DNA of 64,000 nt from assembly GCF_006345805.1 (NCBI RefSeq), contig NC_043003.1, positions 23,188,001 through 23,252,000 on the forward strand, read 5' to 3'. The position numbers were made by a program, and so were the translations under genes. The DNA is from Octopus sinensis. Its lineage: Eukaryota. Shown here one piece after another: positions 53,030 to 64,000 of this stretch; within the stretch, counting starts at the first letter, position 1, and every line of letters begins with the position of its first letter. Under the pieces are notes generated by a model. The model had not been told where the DNA came from, searched no databases, and saw only the letters and a list, made by a program, of their open reading frames with translations.

Positions 53030-53862
53030 TCATTTATTATATATATATATTCATATATTTATATATATATATTCATATATATTCATATATATATTCATAT
53101 ATATTTACGCCCACATACATGTATGTATACACAAGAACAGATATATATGTTCGTAAAAATTTGACATCTATATACATGTATCTATAACAGTATGTATAGA
53201 GAGATATCGTCAAAGGAAAATAAACCACTCAGTTACAAAGAAAAAGCAAAAGATTATTAAAAAAATCACAAATATAGACAAGCAATATATAGATTTATAC
53301 AGATAGGCGGCGACAAACATTGACATACAGTAATGCATTCATAGTTCGATACAAAGAAACTGTAAGCAAAACAAATTATATTCACAGAGTAATGATTAGT
53401 TACATCTAAGTATAGAGCAAGCTTAGAGGATGTTACACGAAATACTGATGGGAGAATATTTGGCAAGTCATGAATCAAAGTCTCTGTATTTAAATCATAT
53501 CTCTTACATACACACACGACACTCCAAACGCTATACAATTATCCTCAGACAAGGAAACACCAGAAGTAAAACAAGTTCACAGACACACGCACACACTAAT
53601 TTTAATTTTCATGTCTGATTGATACGATCACATGCACGTTGTCTCGTATCGGATATATCTGGCTTTATAACATTTCCATATAAATATCACACTAGTTCGG
53701 TCTGTGTGTGTGTTTTTCTTTTTATCTCGTCTTTCTGAATGCTATATTTATACGTTTGTAATAAATGAGATGGCTTTGAGAAAATTTTGCTAATATCAAG
53801 AAATACACGAGGCCTTGAGGACATATGTATGCATGTCTTATGTATAAAACACGAATAAGTAA

Positions 53863-53916
<54 letters not shown>

Positions 53917-54112
53917 ATATAGATACACTTTACACACACAAATATGACAGGCTCCTTTCAGTTTTCGTCTACCAAATCGACTCACAATGCTTTGGTCGGT
54001 CCAAGGCTTGAGAAGAAGCCACCTACACAAGGTGCCACGCAACTATGTAATTGGTAAGCTTCTTAGCACCATACAACTACGCCTTCTTTGATATATATAT
54101 ATATACACACAA

Positions 54113-54161
<49 letters not shown>

Positions 54162-54439
54162 TATGTATGAATGTGTATATGTGTGTGCATGTGTGCGTGC
54201 ACGTGTGTTCTTGTGTGTGTATGATTGTGCATGATGTATGCGTGTGTGTGTGTGTGTCTGTATGATTTCAGGATCTTGATGCATAGATAATAAATGCTCA
54301 CAGATAGGAACTCGAAATATCTCTAAGTTGCATGTTATGCCTACGGGTGCGTAATTTCGCAAGCATATATATCCGTACTTGAAAAAGTGCATGGATCTTT
54401 GCATGCATTATCAAATATATATATATATATATATATATA

Positions 54440-54989
54440 CGAGCAAAATGGGGGTGGGGTGGGGGGCTGAATCATATCTGCTGAATAAAAAGCAGTCAGT
54501 GTTTACTTTTCTTTTCATTAAAGAATAATTAAGCATGTCTTTATTTCAATAAAATATTTGGTTTTGTTAAACGAATTTAAGGCAAAAAAGAAAAAACTTC
54601 TTGAGAAACCAAATAGTCTTTCTTTCCTTCTTGCCTAGTTTGAAGAAAATATCACTTTTGCAACTAACTATTTTGGTCTCTTAAAAATACTGCATTTTGT
54701 GACATTATTTCAAGCAAGCAGGCTTTTTTGCGCAAACTGCACCTGCATTTTTCTCGCGTACGCGTAGTATTGATCGCAACAACTGATGTACTTGTGCGTA
54801 CAAATGCACGTTCCCACGTCTTTATCGATCGCATTATCACCTGGAATCGATTTTCGTAATTTTTTTTTCAAGACTTATACACGCCATGTTACCGTCGGTA
54901 TCTACACATCAAATTTGAGCGCAATCGGATGGAGGATGTCCGAGATCCTAGAAGACACACACACAGACAGACAGAACGGATTTTATGTA

Positions 54990-55005
<16 letters not shown>
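54440..55005 (-). mobile_element. Probable degenerate non-autonomous Helitron-like element
   Basis: aaatttgagcgcaatcgg...acagacagacagaacggattttat end next to (TA)n, similar in style to 19110-19505; termini are degenerate. Confidence 0.35.
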
Positions 55006-55018
<13 letters not shown>

Positions 55019-55020
<2 letters not shown>

Positions 55021-55672
55021 ACATAAGGGACTAAAGCCATCTGAACATGGCTAGGGACAGGGCAGGGTGGTGGTGGTGTTACTGTTGCATTTAGCCCCAG
55101 GCGAACATCGACGTCGCTAGATAGGCTTGACACCGTCACGGTGTCCTTTAACCTGCAAAGGGAGATAATTCCCCGATGAAGCGGAAACCACACACGGACC
55201 ATGGTTTCAAGGTGTATTGCCTATCGTCAACGTGTGGTAGGCCTCCGCTTCCTCGACGAAATCTCACTCTGCAGGTTATTCATATATAGATTTTCAAGCA
55301 AAATACATTTGCTGATTTCGAAAATCTGTTCGACAGCAATAATAATTCTCTAAAAGAGATATAGACAGTAACTGCTCGATAACATAAGGGACTAAAGCCA
55401 TCTGAACATGGCTAGGGACAGGGCAGGGTGGTGGGGGTGTTACTGTTGCATTTAGCCCCAGGCGAACATCGACGTCGCTAGATAGGCTTGACACCGTCAC
55501 GGTGTCCTGACGGTGTCAAGCCTATCTAGCGACGTCGATGTTCGCCTGGGGCTAAATGCAACAGTAACACCCCCACCACCCTGCCATGTCCCTAGCCATG
55601 TTCAGATGGCTTTAGTCCCTTATGTTATCGAGCAGTTACTGTCTATATATCTTTTAGAGAATTATTATTGCT
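55019..55672. mobile_element. 361-bp partial tandem repeat plus a ~165-bp-arm palindrome, containing a hammerhead motif
   Basis: 55021-55147 repeats at 55382-55508; 55335-55499 is the reverse complement of 55508-55672 with an 8-nt loop. Confidence 0.8.
55191..55236 (-). ncRNA. Minimal type I hammerhead motif (C3U variant)
   Basis: cacacg TTGACGA t-agg-caataca-cct-t GAAAC catg GTC cgtgtg: 6-bp stem I and palindromic ACCATGGT stem III. Confidence 0.65.
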
Positions 55673-56024
55673 ATATATATATAATTTAGAAGAAACAGTA
55701 AAAAGTTGTCATAATAGTACTCGCAATTTCGAATGTCGGAGCGAAGAGCTACGACAAGCACGCACAATTCTCTGGCCATTAGACAGACACATCTATATGT
55801 GCATAGACGAAGTATGATGGTACAACATGTTCTTACCGCTAAATGTTAATAACGATTCGGCTGGCTGATAAATACATTCCAACCATCAAAAATATTAGCA
55901 CACCTTGTAGTTGAACATGTAGTCATATATTACCACATACGATACACACGTCTATACGTATACGCATACACCAACGTGCTTACTATCCGACAGGCTTTAA
56001 CACAACAAACTCTACGCTTTCGTA

Positions 56025-56240
56025 TTCGAGAGGATACGGAAAAGTTCCTGGCTTTAAGGGTAACGTGGAAGACCTGGTTGACGGCAAAACATTTCGAGTT
56101 CTTTAAAGTGCTTAGAAAGACTGAATGACCGCTGCTATAAGTTTGTGAATCTGAGAGGGGAATAGGATGAATAAAATAATAAACAGATCCTCCTGTATTT
56201 TCTTTTATCCAAAGCCTGGGACTTTTCTCAACCTCCTCGA
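56025..56240. mobile_element. ~215-bp mariner-type MITE
   Basis: Imperfect TIRs tcgagaggatacggaaaagttcctggcttt / aaagcctgggacttttctcaacctcctcga; the interior retains a transposase C-terminal remnant. Confidence 0.6.
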
Positions 56241-56248
56241 ACAATGTA

Positions 56249-56808
56249 TTGGGTTGTCCGGAAAGTTGGTGCCGATTTTTAAAGGAAAGGTAAAGGTCAA
56301 TAAAAACTTGCCATTGCATTTTTAATCAACCAAATATGAACCATTTTGTTGCGCAAATTGTCTCCCTCTTTCCTTTAACTTGAAAATACCCTCTTCCTAG
56401 AATTGAGGTGGTTTCATGGCAAAGAATTCCTCAAGGTATCTTTTTACTTCATCCAAGGAATTGAAATTTTTACCATTAAGACTATTCTGCAGAGACCTGA
56501 ATAAGTGGAAATCCGAAGGAGCAATATCTGGTGAATATGGAGGGTGGGGTAAAACATCCCAGCCGAGCTGCAGCAATTTTTGTCTAGTTCCAAAAGCATC
56601 AGGTGCCGAAAATGAACTTTCTTATCTTCCATTTTAAAGGGTTACAGAATTAACACAGGTTATAGGAACATAAATCTTCTTTCTCGAAAAGTTAGCTTAA
56701 ACTGTGCTCTAAATGGAGGTGCAGTTAAATCCTATTTTATGGACTCAACCATGTTCTAAAATAAGTCGAAGCTACTACAAATCGGCACGAACTTTCCGGA
56801 CAACCCAA
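56249..56808 (-). mobile_element. 560-bp internally deleted mariner (cecropia/Hsmar1-like) with intact TIRs and TA TSD
   Basis: 30-bp TIRs ttgggttgtccggaaagtt(g/c)gtgccgattt with 1 mismatch, TA at 56247-48 and 56809-10; MEDKKVHFRHLML is fused to GWDVLPHPPYSPDIAPSDFHLF. Confidence 0.9.
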
Positions 56809-58623
56809 TAAATATACAAATACATTTGTACTCTCACTAACGCTTCCTCAAACTCACACGCCTGTGCACATGCCTAAGTCTATAAGAGACTAACATACAT
56901 ACACGCAAACTTATAAAAATATTCACAAATATATTATATTTTTCATTGTAATTTCAGGTGACGGAGGTCAGTAGCTTTGGACTTGCTACTTCATTGTTCA
57001 TCGCATAAACCATTAGAAGCATTAAAAAAAAAATTAATCACATCCTTGCATATACACACGTGCTAATCAGCGCAAAATTTTTCTACCTTCTATAGAATAT
57101 ACGATCACTTGTATAAATATGTAGAGAACGATTACAACTGTGCATAATCCCCAGTGGCATGTGTATGTACAATCTCACTTCGCCCACCTCATTCCACAGC
57201 ACGCAGCATTATTTACTTGCACACGTGAACACTACATCATTTCTAAGAATTCAATCTGTCACGAACAGCCAAATGCAAATATGTCCTTCATGATTTCTAA
57301 TATTCATGAAATTCCTATGTGACTGACATGAAGAGCGCGTGATTATCTAGTGTTAACTAAAGAGGGATTCTCGCGAACTCCATATGCCTCTGACTTACGC
57401 TCCCTGATGAAATAGGTTATAGGGTGATGCCATCTTAACATACCGAAATGGGTTACACTTGGCAGGAGGAATAATTTCTAAAAAATATATTTACACGGTT
57501 ACTCGACTCGCCATTGCTCACTCATTTCAACACTGTTCTTTCCGATCCTATAGCATGCAATACGATACACATATACATACATATACACATATATGTTTAT
57601 ATACACATGCACATACAAAAACACAAACACACACACTCATGCACGCACACAAACACAAACACACACACATATCTACAATTACTCAGGAGAAGTGACTTTG
57701 AAGTTTAGAAATTCATCTGAGCCTGAAAATGTGTTTTGGTTTATAAGTACCGAACCGGTTTCCACAATTTTTGTTTTGTATTCGAATGGTAAATATAAAA
57801 AAAAATTAGGTGGGAATGAGGCTAGAAGGGAATTTTCGGAAAAACATGCTTAAAAATCAAACGTCCGTACAAGTTCTAACTGTCCGATAAGTTTCACAAG
57901 CCGTTACTTCAACTTTTGATTTTTATCTGTTGTTTCTCGTCGATTTTCGTGAATAGATGACTCTCATTCTGTTTTGTTGTTATAAGCTATTTAGTTGTGG
58001 TTTATATTTCGTAATAAACTCATCTTTCTTATACGCGTGGAATTAGGCAGAAGTGATTCCGGTACTTTGACCAGAGGGAAAAATTGGTATTTTCATTTGC
58101 TCGTGAAGCACAGATCTACTTATTTGCTTACGGGAATCTCCCTAGTTGTAGGATCCTGAATTTGTTGCCAGTGTACCGTCATTCTGTCTCTCAAAGCAAT
58201 CTCATTTGACCTATATAATCCTCACTGCACTTGAGAAAATATATTCAGTTCTTCAAATGATGTTTTATGGTGAATATTTGCCCTCAATTGAAATCATTTC
58301 TTGAGACTCCCTCTCATAAAGTTTGTGTAGATTTCGAAATTAGGGCGGTTACAGTTCTTGAGTATTGGGGTTGTATTTTCAATGAGTAATTTGGCGCTAA
58401 TATATAGTCATTTTCGTGGTTGTCTTTTACTTTTCATAATGCTATGTTTCCAGCCCCTTTTTTCACAGGTCAATCATCAAAATAGGTATATTCTGCGTCT
58501 GTATGTCGGTCAGTCTGTCTGTCTGTCTGTTTATCTATCTATCTATCTATCAATACTCGTATATATATATATATATATATCGATGTGTGTGTGTCTGGTT
58601 GGGCGTCTATCTGTCTATCTATG

Positions 58624-58674
<51 letters not shown>

Positions 58675-58706
58675 ATATTATATATATATATATAGTGTGT
58701 GTGTGG

Positions 58707-58752
<46 letters not shown>

Positions 58753-58758
58753 TGTGTG

Positions 58759-58973
58759 TAAACAGAAGACACGCATTCTTATCTTCTATTTGTTTGAAAT
58801 CTTCTTCACGATATTATGGACGTATCAATATAAGTGTACATAACTTCACGTGAATTTTGAGATATCATAGAATGAATAAGATTTAGAACCGAAAAAAAAG
58901 GAAGAAAAAATAAAAGTAAGAATTGTGGTACATAATTGAAAGATTCCGGTAAAGTCCCGTTTCATACTACTAG
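58759..58973 (+). repeat. ~215-bp dispersed direct repeat (second copy 60374-60592); probable Helitron 3' end
   Basis: Two highly similar copies, both ending ...ccggtaaagtcccgtttcatactaCTAG. Confidence 0.6.
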
Positions 58974-58995
58974 CGTGTATATATATATATATACA

Positions 58996-59058
<63 letters not shown>

Positions 59059-59965
59059 CTATATATACACACAAACATATACACATACCTATATACATAC
59101 CTATATGGTGTTTTGGCACATAAACACATGCACACACAGATACAGACACACAGAGACACAGACACAAACACAGGTGCGTGCGCATAGATAAATGTATACC
59201 TACCTACATTTATATCAATATGAATGTATGCATATATTTGTCTATAGATATATATACTTTTAACTTTCTAGTCTATTATTTGTCTCAGTCGTTTGGCAGC
59301 GTTTACTCGAAGAGATCAACCCCAGGACTTACTTTTTGTAAGCCTGGTACTCATTCTGCTGGTAACTTTCGTCGAACCGCTAGGTTACGGAGACGTAAAT
59401 ACATCAATATCGGTTGTCAAGCGATGGTGGTGAGGGGCAAACACAGATACACAGACAACCACATATATATATATGTATGTATGTATACGACGGGCTTCTT
59501 TCAGTTTTCGTCTACCAAATTCACTCACAAGACTGGTCGGACGGAGATTTAGTAGAAGACACTTGCCCTAGGCGCTACGCAGTGAGAATGAACCAGGAAC
59601 TATGTGGTTGGGCAGTAAGCTTCTTACCACACAGTCACGCTTATACATACATACATACATACATACATACATACATACATACATACATACATACATGCAT
59701 ACATACATATATACATACATACATATATACATACATACATACATACATACATACACACATACACACATACACACATATATATATGTACATATATACATAT
59801 AAGTACACACTGAGAGGCACACAAGTACACATGAGTTCAACAAAGAGGGAGGACGTCAGATACATAGACATGAATATGTCGAAATGATAATCTATAAGTG
59901 AATGTTATATACAAAACGTAAATATTTAAATGTCCTCCATACAGACATTTATATGTACTCACACA

Positions 59966-60032
<67 letters not shown>

Positions 60033-61850
60033 AAAAGTATATATACTCTCACTCAGACGTGCGCCAGCGTACACATACGCACACACACATATATGTATAT
60101 CATAAACACGTAAATAGTCTACATATAGCTACAGACTCAAACGTATTCTTTAATATGAAAAGGAAAAAAAAACTGCCTCACAGCAGCATGAATTCAATGT
60201 TCAACTAGTCTTTGAAACTTAAGTAAAACCTGTGCTGTATATAATGAAAAACTTGCGTATAAGCATTGCACGATTTGTCATGAAAAGAAGTGATTCCCCC
60301 CAAAAACAAGATCACTATTTCTATTATTTTTTCGCAAATCTTTTTCAAAAATCCTATAAGCTTAAAAAATATCTAAACAGAAGACACGCATTCTCATCTT
60401 CTATTTGTTTGAAATCTTCTTCACAATATTGTGGACGTATCAATGTAAGTGTACATAACTTCACGTGAATTTTGAGATATCATAGAATGAATACGATTTA
60501 GAGCCAAAAAAAAGGAAGAAAAAATAAAAGTAAGAATTGCATTGTGGTACATGATTGAAAGATTCCGGTAAAGTCCCGTTTCATACTACTAGTATTAAAT
60601 GTTTAAGATTACTTGTATGGAAATACTGATAATATAATACCTTCCACAGCAAATTCAGTACTTTCAGTTCTTTTTTGCTACCTACTGATTATACAATAAG
60701 TTTTATGGAAATGAAATTTGAAAAAAATATATCAGTCTACGAAGGAAGTAAAAGAATAAAGGAATTTCCTAGTAAGAATAAACGAATTTACTATCTTGGA
60801 GCCAATGTGAATTCTTTGTTCAACACAATTATGCGAATTGTGTTAAAAATGTTAATGCACTTAAAAAGGATATAAAAATCATGCTTTAATTTGATATCAT
60901 TTTTTTTTTTTGAAATCATATAAAGATATATTATTGCCTTTCGTCAAAAAATTATTGCCTCTCGCAGGAATGATCGGTGTAAATATAAAGTGATCATATA
61001 ACAAAAACAAAATAGTACCTCAATTTACACAAACGCACACATGAGAAGCACATATGCACACATAAGCAACACACACGCTCACAGATGCTCATATGTTTTC
61101 ATTTTCAAAGGAGAAATGCACAGTACTCATTCGATGAAATACAAGTCTCAGCTTCGAATAAATACATGAACATATAAAAATACAAATTATATACTTACAT
61201 AAAGATATACATGCATGCATACATGCACACATGCACTTACGCACACTGGGACACACATAAAACACTGCACGCATAAACATAAATAGGTATTATACACTGC
61301 GATCGTATGTAGACTCAAAAGTCTTTGAGCCTACATAGGATCCCAAAAGTAAAGGAAGTTTATATATATATGTATATATATATATATATATATATAAATA
61401 ATATTAGAGAATATGATTCTAAAGTTACAGGGAAAAATTCAATTTAGTACTATAGTATTAAAATTACTTGTACTTTGAATTGCTTCATGGTGGTTCTTCT
61501 CTAATTAATATGCATATATACATACATACATACATATACATACATACATATACATACATACATACATACATACATACACACACACGCATATATATATATA
61601 TATATTATATATATATATATATATGTACAAAAATGGGACTAGGACGCAAAACATCCAGACATAAAACATGAAACATAAAAAGGAAAACAATATATCCAGA
61701 CAGACGATAAAAGGAAAACGAGGACAGATCATTCGCTGTTTTCTATCCTCAGATGAATTCCAGATTATCTTTTGCAATTTCGGCTGGTTATACTCGATAT
61801 TTATATATATATATATACTCGATATATATATACATATACATATATATATG

Positions 61851-61930
<80 letters not shown>

Positions 61931-61934
61931 CATA

Positions 61935-62239
61935 CAGGGTGATTCAAAAGTCTCCATACATTGGAAATTATTTTTTATATAAGAAACTGTTTATAAGATC
62001 CACTAGATCTCTTGATCTGACATGGTGTATCGCGGAAAGATAAAAGACATAAATCATTCGAAGGAACGCATCACCAACTCATTTGCGCAGGTATCACCAT
62101 ATGTGCTATTATGAGTTCACAATGAGTGGGGTTAAGGTATTGCAATGTGTATTCAAAACAATATAGGGCCTGTTAAAAAAAAAAACTGTTTCTTATAAAA
62201 ACATAAATTGTTCATATGTATGGCGACTTTTGAATCATC

Positions 62240-62242
<3 letters not shown>
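61935..62242 (+). mobile_element. 308-bp Tc1/mariner-superfamily MITE
   Basis: 27-bp TIRs cagggtgattcaaaagtctccatacat / atgtatggcgacttttgaatcatcctg (2 mismatches), TA flanks; internal RSLDLT..KERITNSFAQ transposase remnant. Confidence 0.85.
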
Positions 62243-62278
<36 letters not shown>

Positions 62279-62280
62279 AT

Positions 62281-62769
62281 AACAATTTAATAAATAAAAC
62301 ATATGCATACATACATACATATATGTACATACCTACATCTATATGTATATATACATGCATATATAAGTACAGGACACCACAAATAAACGTAGAACACAAC
62401 GAGAAACGAAAACATAAAAAGAAAACAAGGAAACGAACTTTTTTCACAACGAAAAAACAGAGTACAAGACATACAACAGAGGGAGCATTCCCCTTCTTCA
62501 GCTGCTCCTGTTTCCACTCATTACGTGTTTCGAAGAGTCGAAACAGGGGCAGCTGAAAAAGGGGAATGTTCCCTCTGTTGTTTGTCTTGTACTTTGTTTT
62601 TTCGTTGTTAAAAAAGACCGTTTCCTTGTTTTATTTTTATGTTTTCGTTTCTCGTTGTGTTCTACGTTTATTTGTGGTGTCGTGTATTCATATATGCATG
62701 TATATATACATACAGGTGTAGGTATGTACATATATGTATGTATGCATATGTTTTATTTATTAAATTGTT
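62281..62769. mobile_element. Fold-back element (~230-bp arms, 25-nt spacer)
   Basis: 62281-62514 is the reverse complement of 62540-62769. Confidence 0.8.
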
Positions 62770-62863
62770 ATTATATGATCGAACGCACGCGTCGTTGTCT
62801 TCTTCTTCTTCCAAGTAAGTTTTATATATTTACATATATATATATTACATACATATATATATA

Positions 62864-62994
<131 letters not shown>

Positions 62995-63066
62995 CATATA
63001 ATATATATATATATATATAATATATATACATATATATGTTATATATATATATATGCATATATATAT

Positions 63067-63132
<66 letters not shown>

Positions 63133-63289
63133 ATATATTTATATTTCATAAAATTGAAATATCTATAAAACCGTCAAGAGCTTGATATTTTTTACGTTTT
63201 CTAGATTTATTATTAGTGTTGCATAATGTTTTGCTAAAATTGCTGTTTCTTTTCAGATATCATCAGAAAAAGGTAATTAATATTCATTA

Positions 63290-64000
63290 AAATAACAGAT
63301 CTAGCGGACTTTTAAAGATATTAAATTGTTGGTGGTCCTATGGCAGACGCTAGCGTAACGAAAAGAGCGGAATTGTTTGGTGTATCAAGAAGTACTGTCT
63401 TCAAAGTAATGACAGTCTTTGAGAAAGAGGGAAAAAATCACCTCATCGAAACAAACTCTGGAAGGAAACCAACACTTTCAGAAAGGGACCGTCGGACTCT
63501 TATTTGAATTGTTAGAAAGGATCACAAAAGTACAGCTCCCAAAATTACTGGAGGGCTTAATGACCACCTCGAGAGCCCAGTTTCGATAAAAACTGTTCGC
63601 TGGGAGGGGAGCTGCACAAAGCCGGATTTCACGGGATGTCTGCAATCAGAAAACCACCATTTTAAAAAACAAGCGTTTCAAAGCGTTTAGTGTGGAGTAA
63701 AAACCTACAGAATTGATGCATAGAGGAACTTATTTTCTCGGATGAGTCATCCTTTACCTTATTTCCGGCCACCGGTCGAGTATACGTGTGGAGAAGCATT
63801 TGACACAAACTGCCTTCTTCCAACTGTTAAACACGGTGGAGGATCTGTGATGATCGGTGAGGGGGGGGGATACATCTTGGAAATCCGCCGCCCCAATAGT
63901 TTTTTTCATGGTAGAATTAATAGTCAAGACTAAGCATTTTATCTGATCAAATTCATCCTATGGTTGCGGAATTGTTTCCAGAGGGAAACGGAATCTTTCA
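63290..64000 (+). mobile_element. Tc1-like transposase pseudogene running off the window end
   Basis: AELFGVSRSTV, NSGRKPTLSERDRR, VSIKTVR..LHKAGFHG..AIRKP, IFSDESSFTLF, LLPTVKHGGGSVMI. Confidence 0.9.

Noticed and set aside
55021-55147. HDV-like ribozyme in the GC-rich repeated unit
   Set aside because: Could not assemble P1, P1.1, P3 and J4/2 on either strand.
56940-57020. Splice-acceptor-like tttcattgtaatttcag followed by a possible exon
   Set aside because: No donor or sustained reading frame; such motifs are common in AT-rich DNA.
57404-57449. CTGATGA...GAAAT hammerhead-like spacing
   Set aside because: No convincing stem I or stem III/NUH.
61740-61800. cagcc GAAAT tgca.. and CTGAGGA on the minus strand
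   Set aside because: The halves are in the wrong order for a type I fold, and no type II stems form.

Overview
AT-rich, microsatellite-dense eukaryotic DNA made almost entirely of transposable-element debris. The SINE families and repeat style suggest a coleoid cephalopod such as Octopus (inference, not verified). No host protein-coding gene could be supported; most ORFs in the supplied track are translated (TA)n, (TACA)n, (TATC)n or (TAA)n repeats. Recognisable elements: a same-strand cluster of (TAA)n-embedded R4/Dong-type RLE non-LTR retrotransposons, one with an uninterrupted 721-aa RT-CCHC-RLE ORF; CR1 and RTE LINE remnants; a Gypsy integrase remnant; a Penelope-like RT remnant; mariner/Tc1 fragments and MITEs; non-autonomous Helitrons; and many tRNA-derived SINEs, some in tandem arrays. 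The most notable signal is at least six sequence-unrelated, ORF-less fold-back (inverted-repeat) elements that each carry a minimal type I hammerhead ribozyme motif (CUGANGA - stem II - GAAA - short, usually palindromic stem III - NUH). In the five whose motif lies in the arms, the two copies point outward from the centre. One of these elements is fused to a Pol III tRNA-like head, and another is a 361-bp partial tandem resembling a retrozyme. All folds were derived by eye and are untested.
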